From Antedon mediterranea (lineage: Eukaryota; Animalia; Echinodermata): 64,000 bases of DNA. The notes below the pieces were generated by a model. That model saw nothing but the letters and a program-made list of their open reading frames with translations, did no database searches and was not told the DNA's origin. This document shows positions 37,925 through 50,400 of this stretch, piece after piece (position 1 is the stretch's first letter; each line of letters begins with the position of its first letter). The position numbers and the translations under genes were made by a program. The stretch is from positions 27,153,648 through 27,217,647 of the forward strand of contig NC_092673.1 in the NCBI RefSeq assembly GCF_964355755.1, read 5' to 3'.

Positions 37925-40922
37925 CAGTGAAAAATTTCATTTCAAAATTTTAGCAAAATTGCTAATCAAACTGATTTTTGAGTCGAGAAACATAGTTTTG
38001 TATTGTATTTTTTGCTACACAATTTTCAAAATGTGTAGCAATAAGGTTGTTTTGTATAGCTTTTTGCTATGCCACACTGGCGAAATTATTTTTTTTAAAT
38101 TTATTTTATTTATTTATTCGGTATATAGAAATATATTACAAAACGACAGTCAAGGACTGAAATGAATTTTATTACAAATGACTAAAAATTAGTTAAAATT
38201 GCTATAAAAATAGAAACATCTTATTAAAATTAGATATCGTACCATAAAATTAAAAACATACATGAATAAAAAACCTTAAAACATTCACTTATAACATATC
38301 TAAAAAAAAGTAGTAGATAAAAAAGACGTTCAAAACAGGTTAAAAAAGATATTATATATAGTGATTTAATACGCAAATAATGTTTCTACATTTTTTTTAC
38401 TGCAGAGTTTACGTGAATTTCTGTCAGCATTGATCATGTTGTATTCCACCACTAGATTTGCATTTGTAAAGAACGCCTTTGTCTTAAAATTCCGTCTCCA
38501 CCCTGCTTTGACGTGATTTCTTTGTTTAACATACCTAGGTCTATATTGTTCCATTGTGGCAGTCCAGCAATCACATAGTGGTTTTCTAACGTTAGTGTTT
38601 GGTTAATGTTTAGGTTCACTAATAACTGTTATTTTATTACATTTCTATAACGTCAAAAGAAACATTCAGATAACGTTTTTAGGTTAGCATTTATAGGATA
38701 CATAACGCTATAAAAACGGTACTTGAATTTTAAAACTATAAAAATTAGAAAAAAAAATTAATAAAAACATTATTAGATAATGCCTCATTTCTATCATTTT
38801 ATTATACATAACCCTAACCCTTTATTTGTTAATACTGTACTAACTTAGTTATTTAGATAGATTTAGATACACATAGGCGCTAGGCCGGCAAAAGTTATTA
38901 AAATATATATATTTAAAATTAAATAATATAAATAGATATATTTTATCTGTATTTTATTGTTAACCGTTTTTGATGTTGTATTGTTTTATGTTTCAAACCT
39001 GTTAGTGGCGGTATTTATCGCTGTTGGTTTTAATTGAATAAAAGAATAAAATAAAAAATATGTTTCAGAACACCAGGTTTATTTCATTTTTACATTATAT
39101 TTTATCAGTAAACTGTATATTATTAAATGCCTGGAATTTTTATCATTTTATTTTATTGATGATCCTCCTTTATCTGCAAAAAAATAAAAACATTGTTAGA
39201 TAGGTCTACATTGTTATATAATTATGTAAACATTTAGTATATTCTTTAGTTGTTGGAATTCGATCATGATTAAGTCAATTACAAGGCGGTAGACCGGGAA
39301 CCAGTCAACTGACAGAAGAGGGCTCTCAATGTCATTTCTATTGACGTACCTGCACACAATATTTATAACCACACACCCCCACTTTAATAATGGAATAACC
39401 CTAATAACCGACTGGCCTCTAGACTCTAGCAGCCTCTACTAACTAGCCTAGTCTAGTCACTGGTCTGTGCTCGTGTCTATGGCCCTGTTCAGACCCATGG
39501 CGTTAGACCGTTTTAGCGTACGACGCTAAAAGAATGTGTGTCTGAACAGTTGGGGATTAGCGTACAACGCGTCGTACAACGGTTGTAGCGTTGTAGTGGA
39601 AAACGGTTGATAGTACCGTTTTAGCGTACGACGCTACTGTAAGTCAACGTTGTATCCAATCAGAACGTTTCCTGTTATGACGCGAAACAAGGTTTGACCT
39701 AGGCTGACATCTTGTATCGTCAATGTGTGAGATGGATTTCAATAACAAAAAGGCCAGAATAAATAAGGCCTAACTACACTACAAATACAACTGTTACAAA
39801 GGCTACAAACTATTATCAACTGATTACCATTATATTTTCTAACAAATGACATAAATACATGCACCTTGTATTTCAACATAGGGACTACGATCCCATCCGC
39901 TTTTAGGCCTAGCTAGGCCTAGAGCCATTCAGGCATTTCATTCAAGCTAAAAACTAGCGTGGGACATCAAGTCACTCATTCATACAAGGCAGACTAGACT
40001 GGACAAGTTTAATGCTGAAAACCCCCTAACTCCTAAAAAAATCAGTAAACAAACAAGGGGAGCTGTGTCCCTTTTATTAGCAAGTTAAGGGTTATTTTCA
40101 ACCGACTGGACTGGGTGGGAATATATATCTTTGACTGGACTGGATAGACTAATCACAATCATATTTTTCTTCATCATTACGAGGCCTGCTTTATTTTCGT
40201 AGCACAAGAGCCTGGGGAAAATGTTTTTTACTACAAAATAAAAACAATTGAAACAGAAATTTGGCTTTACTATATTTTTCTTAAATAAATTCTGAGGTAT
40301 GTTTTATTTACGGCAAATGTTGTCATAATTGTAGGGCTGAGATCTAGGCCTATATACAGTGGAAATGATGAAAACACGTGGGTAAGAGCACATGAATATG
40401 CAACTAGAAACAACCTGGATGACGTACTTCCGTTGTAACAATAATCGTACGCTATGGGTCTGAACACCTCGTTTTTTTCTCTGCGGTTTGTAACGTGACC
40501 TTGATAGTAACGTTGTACGCTAAAACGGTCTAACGCCATGGGTCTGAACAGGGCCTATGGCACACAAGGTACCGAGATCGAGTCTCACCTTGGGAAACGA
40601 AATAAGATTTTTTTTATTATCCGTATTGTTTGTTCAATTTATTTTTTAGTGTATAGATTATAATATACACATAATTTATAATGAAATCTATATAAAATGT
40701 AAGTAATGTCTTCATTACTTATGTAACAATGTGGTTTATGACATTATCAGGGAACATTTTCGCCAGTGTAGCGTAGCAAAAAGCTATACAAAACAACCTT
40801 ATTGCTACACATTTTGAAAATTGTGTAGCAAAAAATACAATACAAAACTATGTTTCTCGACTTAAAAATCAGTTTGATTAGCAATATTGCTAAACAAAAT
40901 TTTTAAATGAAAATTTTCCCTG
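37925..40922. mobile_element. ~3-kb region bounded by ~160-bp inverted repeats (CAG...CTG); probable non-autonomous DNA transposon
   Basis: 37925-38085 is the near reverse complement of 40758-40922. No clean TSD is visible. Confidence 0.6.
39481..40555. mobile_element. PIF/Harbinger-like non-autonomous element nested in the 37925-40922 element
   Basis: ~45-bp TIRs GGCCCTGTTCAGACCCATGGCGTTAGACCGTTTTAGCGTAC. 3-bp TAT duplication on both sides. Confidence 0.82.
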
Positions 40923-41920
40923 AGGGATCTTTGATCGGATTGTGATACCGGCTATTGTATTCCCGTTAGCAAGATCCTATAATATATCAAAATAATTAAA
41001 GATTATGAGAAAATCAATCAATCAATATATCTTTTAAAAATTATCTTTATTTAAATCAATGCATAAACCTATAATTCGTCATAATGATTTTGATTTGTCA
41101 TTTCAATGTGCTTTTCTAACCATTGGGCTTTTTGCATATAAAAGTTTATATTTCCCACTTGATTCTGTTAATGATCAATTATTACATTTTTTCCCATGCT
41201 TAAATTTGCTGGTACCAAACAGGTTAATTGGTTTAGAAATAAAGAATTCCATTTCTTTTATAATATAGTTTATTTGTAATACAAAAGAATTAGAATTCAT
41301 TGTCTTACAGTACAATCAGCTAAAATGTGCAGGTACCAAATGTTAATTTGTTTAGAAATAACGAATTCCATTTTTTTTGTAAATACAAAAGAATTATAAT
41401 TCATTGTCTTACTCTTACACTGTACAGTACAATCAGCTAAACTTTATTAGAATATAGAGACATTCCACAGTAAATTGCAATCCTATTGCAACATAAGTTG
41501 ACACATCATAAATTGTTTTACACCAAATTGGAAATTTTCATATTTTTGAATTGTATAAAAGTTGTTTTATATTATTGAAAATGCAAATTTTATGTCACAG
41601 AATTATATCAATTACCTATAATTTTTTTAAATAAACAAATCCTACAATTTTTTAGTTAGATACTGTATGTTTATAGATGTTCACTTTTTTATGATTTGCA
41701 TGATCCATTTTGACATAAACCATATTAAAAATAGGCATGGTAATAGGATACATTCCGGCATACAGTTCTGTGAGGAAAATCAATTCAAATGGTTTGGAAA
41801 TCTTTAAAAATGTTAGTGTTATTATTTTAGTATGGTGCTGTCTTTGATACTATAGCAAAATATATTTTATTGAAATAGTTACAGCATAGAGCCTTCTGAA
41901 CCATTTTCAGTTCCTTTTAA

Positions 41921-42748
41921 AGTCCCACCCATGCCCTACGTTTTTTAGATCTAATTTAAGGGCAAAAACGACATTTAATGTAAAAACAAATACTATTTAT
42001 GGTCCTATTGCGATAACTATTTTTGTCTTTACGGTTAAAAATGTGAAAAATAAGTTGATTCTAATAATATTAGCGGCCTGCTATAATAAGAAAACAAAAT
42101 CAAAGTAATTATTTAAATGTATAGTAATAATAAAAATATTTGGTGCATTTGTTAAATTTAATATTAAAACAAAAAGTTACCAGTTTTAAAGTGTCTTGGC
42201 TGCAATCAGCAAAAAAAATTGTTATAATGTTTGAATATTTGGAGTGAGTGGCCGAGCGGTTAAGACAGTGGAACCGTAATTACGTAGCCATAACATCGGC
42301 AGGGTTCGAGGCGCACTCACTCCATGTTCCTGGTGGTAGAACGAGTCTTCTCGGATAAGGACTATAAACCGTAGGTCCAGTGTACACATCTAGCTCGTGT
42401 GCACTTTAAAGAACCTAGTACATCTTTCGAGACAAGTAGGGGGTATTAGTACATCACAGCCACTGATCATCAACTGGGCCGTCTGGGAGACCAGTCTTTG
42501 ACTGAAGAGGTTACCCAGTATAAATATAAATTTCAATCAATCAATCAATATTAAATATTTATGTACTGCTGTTTTTCTTGGTTGAATCAATGTAGGAAAT
42601 GAATTAAAGTTACTAGTAGTACTAGTATTTTAATTAATTTTTGTTGTATGTTTTTTGTTTGTTACATTACGACAAGGAATGACCTGGTTTAATGTTTTTA
42701 AAGTAATATATGCATTATAAAACGTCAAAAATTGTAGGGAATGGGTCT
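41921..42748. mobile_element. Kolobok-like element (TTAA-flanked); related left-end sequence at about 22498-22655
   Basis: TTAA|AGTCCCACCCATGCCCTAC ... GTAGGGAATGGGTCT|TTAA. Confidence 0.5.
42241..42549 (+). mobile_element. Full-length tRNA-derived SINE with a Deu/Nin-like central domain
   Basis: A box TGGCCGAGCGG and B box GGTTCGAG. Core CGGATAAGGACTATAAACCGTAGGTCC...TTAAAGAACC...TTTCGAGACAAGTAGGGG recalls the Deu/Nin SINE domain. (CAAT)n tail and an AATATT target duplication. Confidence 0.8.
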
Positions 42749-43374
42749 TTAACTAAGTAAGTAATTTATTTAATTTTCTTACTGGCACCAAACACAACAA
42801 TTCTTTTGTATTGCACAAAAGAAATCTAATTCTTTTGTGTTTGATTAGTGATTGTTCTGAGTGGTTAATGTCTGATTACCAAATTTTAAAAAGTCATTAA
42901 ACAATGCAATTTAAACAGCATTCTATCTCACTTGAAGACAAAATCAACAGTAATGATAAAAAGATTTGGTACATTTGTTAAATTTAAAATTAAAACAAAA
43001 GGTTACCAGTTTTAAAGTGTCTTGGCTGCAATCAGCAAAAAAAATGTTATAATGTTTGAATGTTAAATATTTATCATATATGTACTGCAGCGCTGTTTTT
43101 CTTGGTTGAATCAATGTAGGAAATGAATTAAAGTTATAAGTACTTGATATTTTAATTATTACAAGTTATATACAGTACTATAGTTAGTAATTATTATTAT
43201 ATACTGTAATAGCCAGTTGCAAACAGGTGTGAAATAAAATAATTGTTTGTGATTTTTTATCTTTTATTATAGTGAATTAGAAGTTGTGAGGTTATGACTG
43301 AATTGCAGACATACTGAACAGGCCTGTGTTTCCAAAATGGTGATGTTTACCGTACTCATTTTCTCAATTTTAGA

Positions 43375-43717
43375 AATTCATGTGCAGTTGATAGCTTTTT
43401 AGAATTGGCATTTTTTTTGTTTGTTTCATAAACCTGTTACAATTCAAAGAAACCCATTTTTGGATCTTGTGTATAAAACTTGTGTGAATCGAAATCTAAA
43501 CTGTCAATATGCTGTTCTGAAAGAAGTTTGTGAGCCTGTGTGGAATTGGCTGATCAGTAAAAATAGAAGTTTCTACCCGAAAGGAAGTATCAATACGTCG
43601 TTTGAAGAAATATTGGATTATATCTCTATTACTGATGACGAGAGGAAACTGTTTTCATTAGGCATTCAAAAGATTTGTGCTTGCAAAACATCTCATACAT
43701 TGTCATTATGCCCATAA
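43375..43717 (+). pseudogene. Frameshifted fragment resembling a USP/papain-fold cysteine peptidase domain (probably transposon-borne)
   Basis: NSCAVDSFLELAF (Cys-box-like NxCxxDSxL) joins the listed 98-aa ORF if one T is removed from the T8 run at 43411-43418. Confidence 0.3.
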
Positions 43718-45531
43718 TTTTAATGTGTAACATCAAGTTGTATTACTTATTCAAACAGTTGTATTAGTTTTAGTAATTTGTGATGTTGCTACTGTTGGTA
43801 ACTTGCTAATCAAAGTCTTTATAAGAGAGTTGACACCACTTCTACAGTCCAAGCAGAAGTTGTTGATTATAAATCAATTACTACAGTAGTATTAATTTCT
43901 GTATAACTGTCATTATATATTTATTAACGGAATATTTTGTTGAATTGTAAAAAAAATGTTTAATTATTGTGTATTTTTATCCTGATATTTACAATCACAT
44001 GATGTGTTAATTTCAGTGTGTCTATGGGGGCAATACTCCTTGCATAATTTTAATGTGTCAAGTTGTATTACTTATTCAAACAGTTGTATTAGTTCTAGTA
44101 ATTTGTGATGTTGCTGCTGTTGGTAAATAAAATTGATATTCAGTGGAAATAATTTTAATTTCTTATCATTTTTATTGTTGTTATATATTAGGTATTAATT
44201 TTTTAAATTTTATTATTTACTGAATTGTGCCATGGATAAATAATTATCCGTATTGTTATTTTTCCATGGTATAACAGAATATTTTATTCTGTAAACAGGA
44301 AATACTATTGGGAAACACAGAAAGATAAGCAGGGGGTTAGTGTGATTATTGGAATAGCTAAAATTAAATTTAGAAAAATACTGCGATACAGAGTAACTTT
44401 TTAAGTACTTGGTGGATTTTTTCGCAAAAAAGTATGTAATGATTCTTTTGATTAAATATATTCAAATTAGAATATAGAATATTCATAATATCAATTAAAA
44501 TAATACGGAAAATATAATCAGCCAAACATTTGTTATCTATCATTTCCCCATACAGGAAGCTGTATGACCTCAAGCGTACTTAATCCTTTTTTCCGCTTTT
44601 ACTGGTGACTCTATTTGTAATGCATTATTTTCAAAAAGTTGTGCAGTATTTCTTATTCTTTAATCGATTTTATTTGATTTAATTTAAATAATTGTTTGTT
44701 GCAATAATATAGGATTACAAATAATAATATTAATTGTATTTTGAATGGTAATTACGGACCATGCTTCTATTCCCGTCACCTCAACCCAGAACATGTCACT
44801 GAGTATAACTAAAGTAATTTCAAAATAATAGCTGTGATAATGATGATTTTGATATAGATTTTCTGAGTAAAACCATGGAGTAATTACTCCATGGTAAAAC
44901 TATCTACCCTCTTGCTTAGTGAGTAAGGGAACATATTCAATATCTTATCCCAGCTTATCATATTTTCGTCAAAGTTGAGACTTTTATTGCAATTTATGTA
45001 TTGTTGAGGTGGTACTTATTTAATATGAACCGGATTGACTCAACAGTATAAAAACACTGTAATACTAATCATTACAGTAGAACTCCTAAAAAACCTTTCC
45101 GGACTGCATAAGAAAGATGTCCCCTTAATAGAGGTTTCCTCTCTGAATTGGGGCCCAGCCATTATCATTTCAAACCTATTGACCATAGTTCATTTTACAG
45201 AAAAATGTCCCCTTAATAGCGTGTCTCAAAGAGGGGTCCTTATAATTGATTTATTGGTAACTCATGAAATACAGTTACTTTTACAGTAATAATAATTATT
45301 TTCCTACACATTCGGTTTTCTACCATAGACACATTTTAATTTAATTAACCGATTCAATACACGGCGTTATAAAATTAATATCATGTGTTGAAACATTAAC
45401 GTCAACAACTGTAGCATTTCATCTTGGTATAATATGTTTAAATGTAAAATAATTTACATTTTACATTACTGCTGGTTGAGTTTAAATAAATTGAATCTAT
45501 AAATGATTTTAATTTACAGTACTGTACTTAC

Positions 45532-45710
45532 CTCAATTAAAAGTGAAGAACTAATATCGAAGTAAATATTAGATACTTCTACCGCGTGACTTATCTTCTA
45601 AGAAGCTTTGTACATTGTGTCATTAACCTTAAATTGTTAATCTTAATGCATTAAACACTTTTGATCTTCCTCGTACCTGAGCGGCTGCTTCTAGACGGGT
45701 ACTGAAACCA
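45532..45710 (-). other. Candidate non-coding first exon/promoter of a minus-strand gene
   Basis: Consensus donor GAG|GTAAGT at 45532/45531, preceded by a locally CpG-richer stretch with an Inr-like TCAGT and no long ORF. Confidence 0.25.
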
Positions 45711-46319
45711 GGTTTTGTCTAATCGCATTACACATCAAAATAATAGGCCGCGCGACCTTACAAAGTGTCAATAAATCACTGGGAAATGTGTCCGATCAAA
45801 TTACTCTCTCATGGTCAAATGAAGTGACTGAATGTTTGAAAATGTGTTTTTCTATAAAATAATAGTAATATCATTTGTTTAACCATGAATAAAAAGAAAA
45901 AGTGATATATCAGCAATTTCAAATCGTAAAAATTGATTAATTCTACGCGAAGTTAGAATTCGTTGAAAAATCACGATTTCAGTGCAGTGGCGTAACAGGC
46001 GGGGGGGGGGGGGGGGGCAGGGGGGGGGGAATACCCCCCTGGCGGATTTTACCGGGTTGAGAAGCGTTCGATCGGGCTGGGTAACAAGTAAAAAAAATAA
46101 AATAAAATACAAAGAAGGGATAGAAGAAAGAAAATATAAGATAAGAATAAAATATACGATATATGATATGGCTTCAAATGAGTCACAGTACAGTATGATA
46201 TTCAAGTAAGATGATATGAAATACACAAAATCCTGACTGACAACTCGTGGGAAGACGCACTGCTTATCAGTACATTAACATGCGGTCAGTTGACTGTGGT
46301 TTTTGGCGTCTTTTATCTA

Positions 46320-47404
46320 AGCCGCCATAAATTATGCTTTAATTTTGAAAAGTCAAATATACTGATAACTGGTAAACGTGTTGATAAAGTAAGACAATGG
46401 AAATTAGGTAATGGCTTTATATCTGAAACTGAATCATATAAATATCTCGGTGTACATATTTCTCGTAAATTAAATGACCATATACAAATTGAGAATGTTA
46501 TAAAAAAAGGTCAAAGATTAATAGCGTACGTTAAATCAATTATCAGTAGCTTTGATAACTTTAACAGAGTATATTATGGGGATACTCTGTGGAGATCGAT
46601 AGTTCTCCCATCTATCAACTATGGTTGTTCAGTATGGTGCTCTTTAAGTAGAATAGATATAGATAAACTAGAGCGTCTCCAGCTCCAAATGGCACGTTAT
46701 ATCTTAAAAGCACCTCGAAATACACCTTGTGCCGCCTTATATGGAGAGCTTGGTTGGTCTCCAATTAACGAGATTCATAACGCTCTTCGTATGAAATACT
46801 TCCATAGAATTATAAAGATGGAAAATTATCGATGGCCAAAAATTATGTTTATTGGAATGCTACAACTTAATTGTGAATTTAAAGACTTAAGGTATAAGTT
46901 TCTATCTTGTATAAACGATATTCTCTTGAAGTGTAATTGTGAATCCAAAAATATTTTCACCACTCTCTCAAATTATAAAGAAGTCTACTTTCCAATTTCT
47001 GAAATCTTAAGAAAACTTAACTATATAATGATAGATGAATGGAGAATTGAATTACAAAATAAATCAAGTCTCCACATCTATGAAACATTAAAATCAAAAC
47101 CTGGACTTGAAAATTACTTAATTGATAAAACTAATTTTGAAGGTGCTGCATTAAAATTTAAAGCTCGTTCAAATACTCTACCTTTGAATGATAGAACTGC
47201 AAATTGGAATATTGATAATAATAAAAAATGTAAATTGTGCGGTACAAATTCGGACGAAGACATCCATCATTTCATCCTTAATTGTCCAGCTTTAAATAAT
47301 ATACGTAATCAGGAATTATTTAATTTATATGTGGATATGTATAGAAATGGCAGCAAAGATATGTTTGATACTTTTTATACTTCTCCTGAAAATGACAAAC
47401 TTAA
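46320..47404 (+). mobile_element. 5'-truncated non-LTR retrotransposon ORF2 (RT thumb + CCHC zinc motif; RTE-X-like, clade uncertain), interrupted by the HINE nest
   Basis: YKYLGVHI, LERLQLQMARYIL, ALYGELGW and CKLCGTNSDEDIHHFILNC. The ORF stop codon is supplied by the CTAG of the inserted element at 47405. Confidence 0.88.
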
Positions 47405-50400
47405 CTAGACATGAAACTCGTCACTTTGACGAGTTAGTTATCCGCACGACAGATGCCACGTGCACGTCATACGTTAAAAACTATAATAAGAGGTGGTCCT
47501 GTATTTTCGCCTTGTATTATAATTATACAGTACACTGTGTATAAAAGGAGACATTAATTCTACATGATACAGAGGGCGGCAAACAACAATTTGCTCACAT
47601 CAGAGACTATGCTGGTGTACATTGTACTACTGTACTGTATATTATATGACATATTAACTGAATTATGGGACCTGCCTTTAATTCAAATATTTAACATGAT
47701 GACGTCATAAAAAAAACAACACAACGATAGCAATTTCTGAAGAAAATTATCTTAGCAACAACATATTAACGTGTAGAAGAAATTTGAATACGTAAAATGT
47801 TGGTGCGCGCACATTTAAATGTGATGAACTATTACGCAAAATATGAAAATACGACTTTTTTTATTCAACTGGCAATATGATGACGTCACAACATCCGATT
47901 GGCAAAATGTTTACATGAATTCGTATCTACAATCCTATAGCTTCCAGAAAACGTTTTAATCGTGATTATCACATTTTATTCTTACGAGCTATTACAGATT
48001 AAAATTTACTGTAAAGATGAAATTAATGACCCACGTAATTAAAATTTTTAGGCATGATGACGTTATAAAAATTTAAATATTTTTATCTCATGCTAAAGAA
48101 AGTTGATTGACCTAGACAATATATAAATATAGGAGAAAAAGGAATACAGATAAGCGTGATGCGCTCCATTGAATGTGATGAGCAATAACGAAACAGACAA
48201 AAATCCTATATTTTACATTCGTGTGGCCATACGATTACGTCACAATGTTTTTTTAGCCTTATCGATGCATGATCCGATATCTGCAACTCATCAACTTCTA
48301 GATTTTGTAATAAAAATAAACGGTTCACGGTTTACTTTAGAAACTATGACTGTTTAAAAAAAGACATTATTTTGATGATTTTTTAAGCTTTTTCATAAAA
48401 AACGCGCACAAATTGTCTAATTCAACGTGTTCGTATGGCGTTATTTAAACTGGAAAAGTTCTAAATTGTTTTCAAAATTACTAGGAAAGGCTTGAAAAAT
48501 ATAATTCAAGAGAAAAAAATATGTTTTTATCGCTACGTGCGCACCGCGTGCGTAAAAAATTGCGCGCCCGTGGGAATTTTTGACATGCTCAAAATGACAT
48601 GAAACGCGTAAAAAGTTGGATAGAAATTAATTTTGCGCATTTTGAAATTTTAAATGCGCGTGCGCGCGTAACTTCTTGTGAAACATGCCATTTTTAATCC
48701 GTAGAAAGTTTGCCCCTGATATGACTTAAATTTTGTCAAAGTGTCAATACTAAATGACTTTTGGTTTTTAATCTATGATCAATCATTGAAATTCATAAAA
48801 TTGCGCGTAAGTCACGTTGCGCAACTATGACGTCATTCAAAAATAGGAGGTGCACAACTTCACGTAAATGCCCATATGTTGTCAAAGTTATGAAATGTTA
48901 TGTTTACACATTTTAGAGAAACGCGATCCACAAAAAGGAAGGAAGGAAAGAAGAACTAGACATGAAACTCGTCACTTTGACGAGTTAGTTATCCGCTCGA
49001 CAAACGCCACGCGCACGTCATACGTTAGAATATTGCACACAGAGAAATATTAAGGCATTATGACCTGAACTGAAGAATATGATATGTTGTTATTTCTGAA
49101 TTCTGTTATTTTGTGTCATATAGTATACACAGTACAATCTGTATACATATCACAAACAGTGTAAAATAGGTGAAATTACGGGACCCGTATTTTATTGTAA
49201 TTTTTAACATCTTGACGGTTTCAAAATGAAATGCAAAAGTAGAAATTTCAGAATGAAATTATCTCAGCAACAACATATTAACGTGTAGAAGAAATTTGAA
49301 TACTTGAAATATTGATGCGCGCTCTTTTAAATGTAATGAAATATAACGCAAAAGATGAAAATACGACTTTTTGTATTTAACTTGCCATATGATGACGTCA
49401 CAACATTCGATTGGCACAATTTTCACATGATTTTGTATCTACAATACAATAGCTTCCTGAAAACGTTTTAATCCTGATTATCACATTTTATTCTTACGAG
49501 CTATAACAGATTAAAATTTACTGTAAAGATGAAATTAATGACCAACGTAATTTAAATTTTTAGGCATGATGACGATAAAAAAATTAAAAAATGTTTAATT
49601 CATGCAAAAGATAGTTGATTGACCTAGAATATATTAAAATCGGGGTGAAAATCGACTACGAATAAGTGGAGATGCGCTCTATTAAATGTGATGAGCTATG
49701 ACGAAAGAGACAAAAATCCTATATTTTATATTCGCGTGGCCATACGATGACGTCACAATGTCCGGTTAGCCATATTAATGCATGATTCGATATCTACAAC
49801 TCATCAACTTCCAGAATATGTAATTAAAAAAAAGTTCTCCATGTAGTTTAGAATCTATGACTGTTTAAAAATAGGCATAATTTTGACGAATTTTTGAACT
49901 TTTTCACCAGAAACGCGTGCAAATTATTTAATTCGACGTGCTCGTATGACGTAATTTTAAGTCGAAATTGTTTAAAGGTTGGTAACATTACTATAAAAGG
50001 CTGAAAAAACATGAATCACGCGAAAAAAATATGTTTTTAACTCTAAGTGTGCACCGCGTGCGTAAAAAGTTTCGCGCGCCTGGGAATTTTTGACATGCTC
50101 AAAATGACATGAAACGCATAGAAAGTTGATTAGAAGTTGATTTTTCGCACTCTAAAATTTTAAACGCGCGTGCGCGCGTAACTTTTTGTGAAACATGCTA
50201 TTTTTAATCCATAGGAAGTTTGCGCTTGATGTGACTTAAATTTTCACAAAGTGTCAAAACAAAATTATGTTTCGTTTTTAGTCTATGATCAATCATTGAA
50301 ATTCATAAAATCGCGCACAAGTCACGTTGCGCAACTCTGACGTCATTCAAAAATAGGAGGTGCACAAGTTCACGTAAATGTCGATATGTTGACAAAGTTA

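Noticed and set aside
45982-46075. Gly-rich ORF / G-quadruplex regulatory element
   Set aside because: The poly-G tract follows CAGTGGCGTA, a typical hAT-like MITE end. No partner end or coding support.
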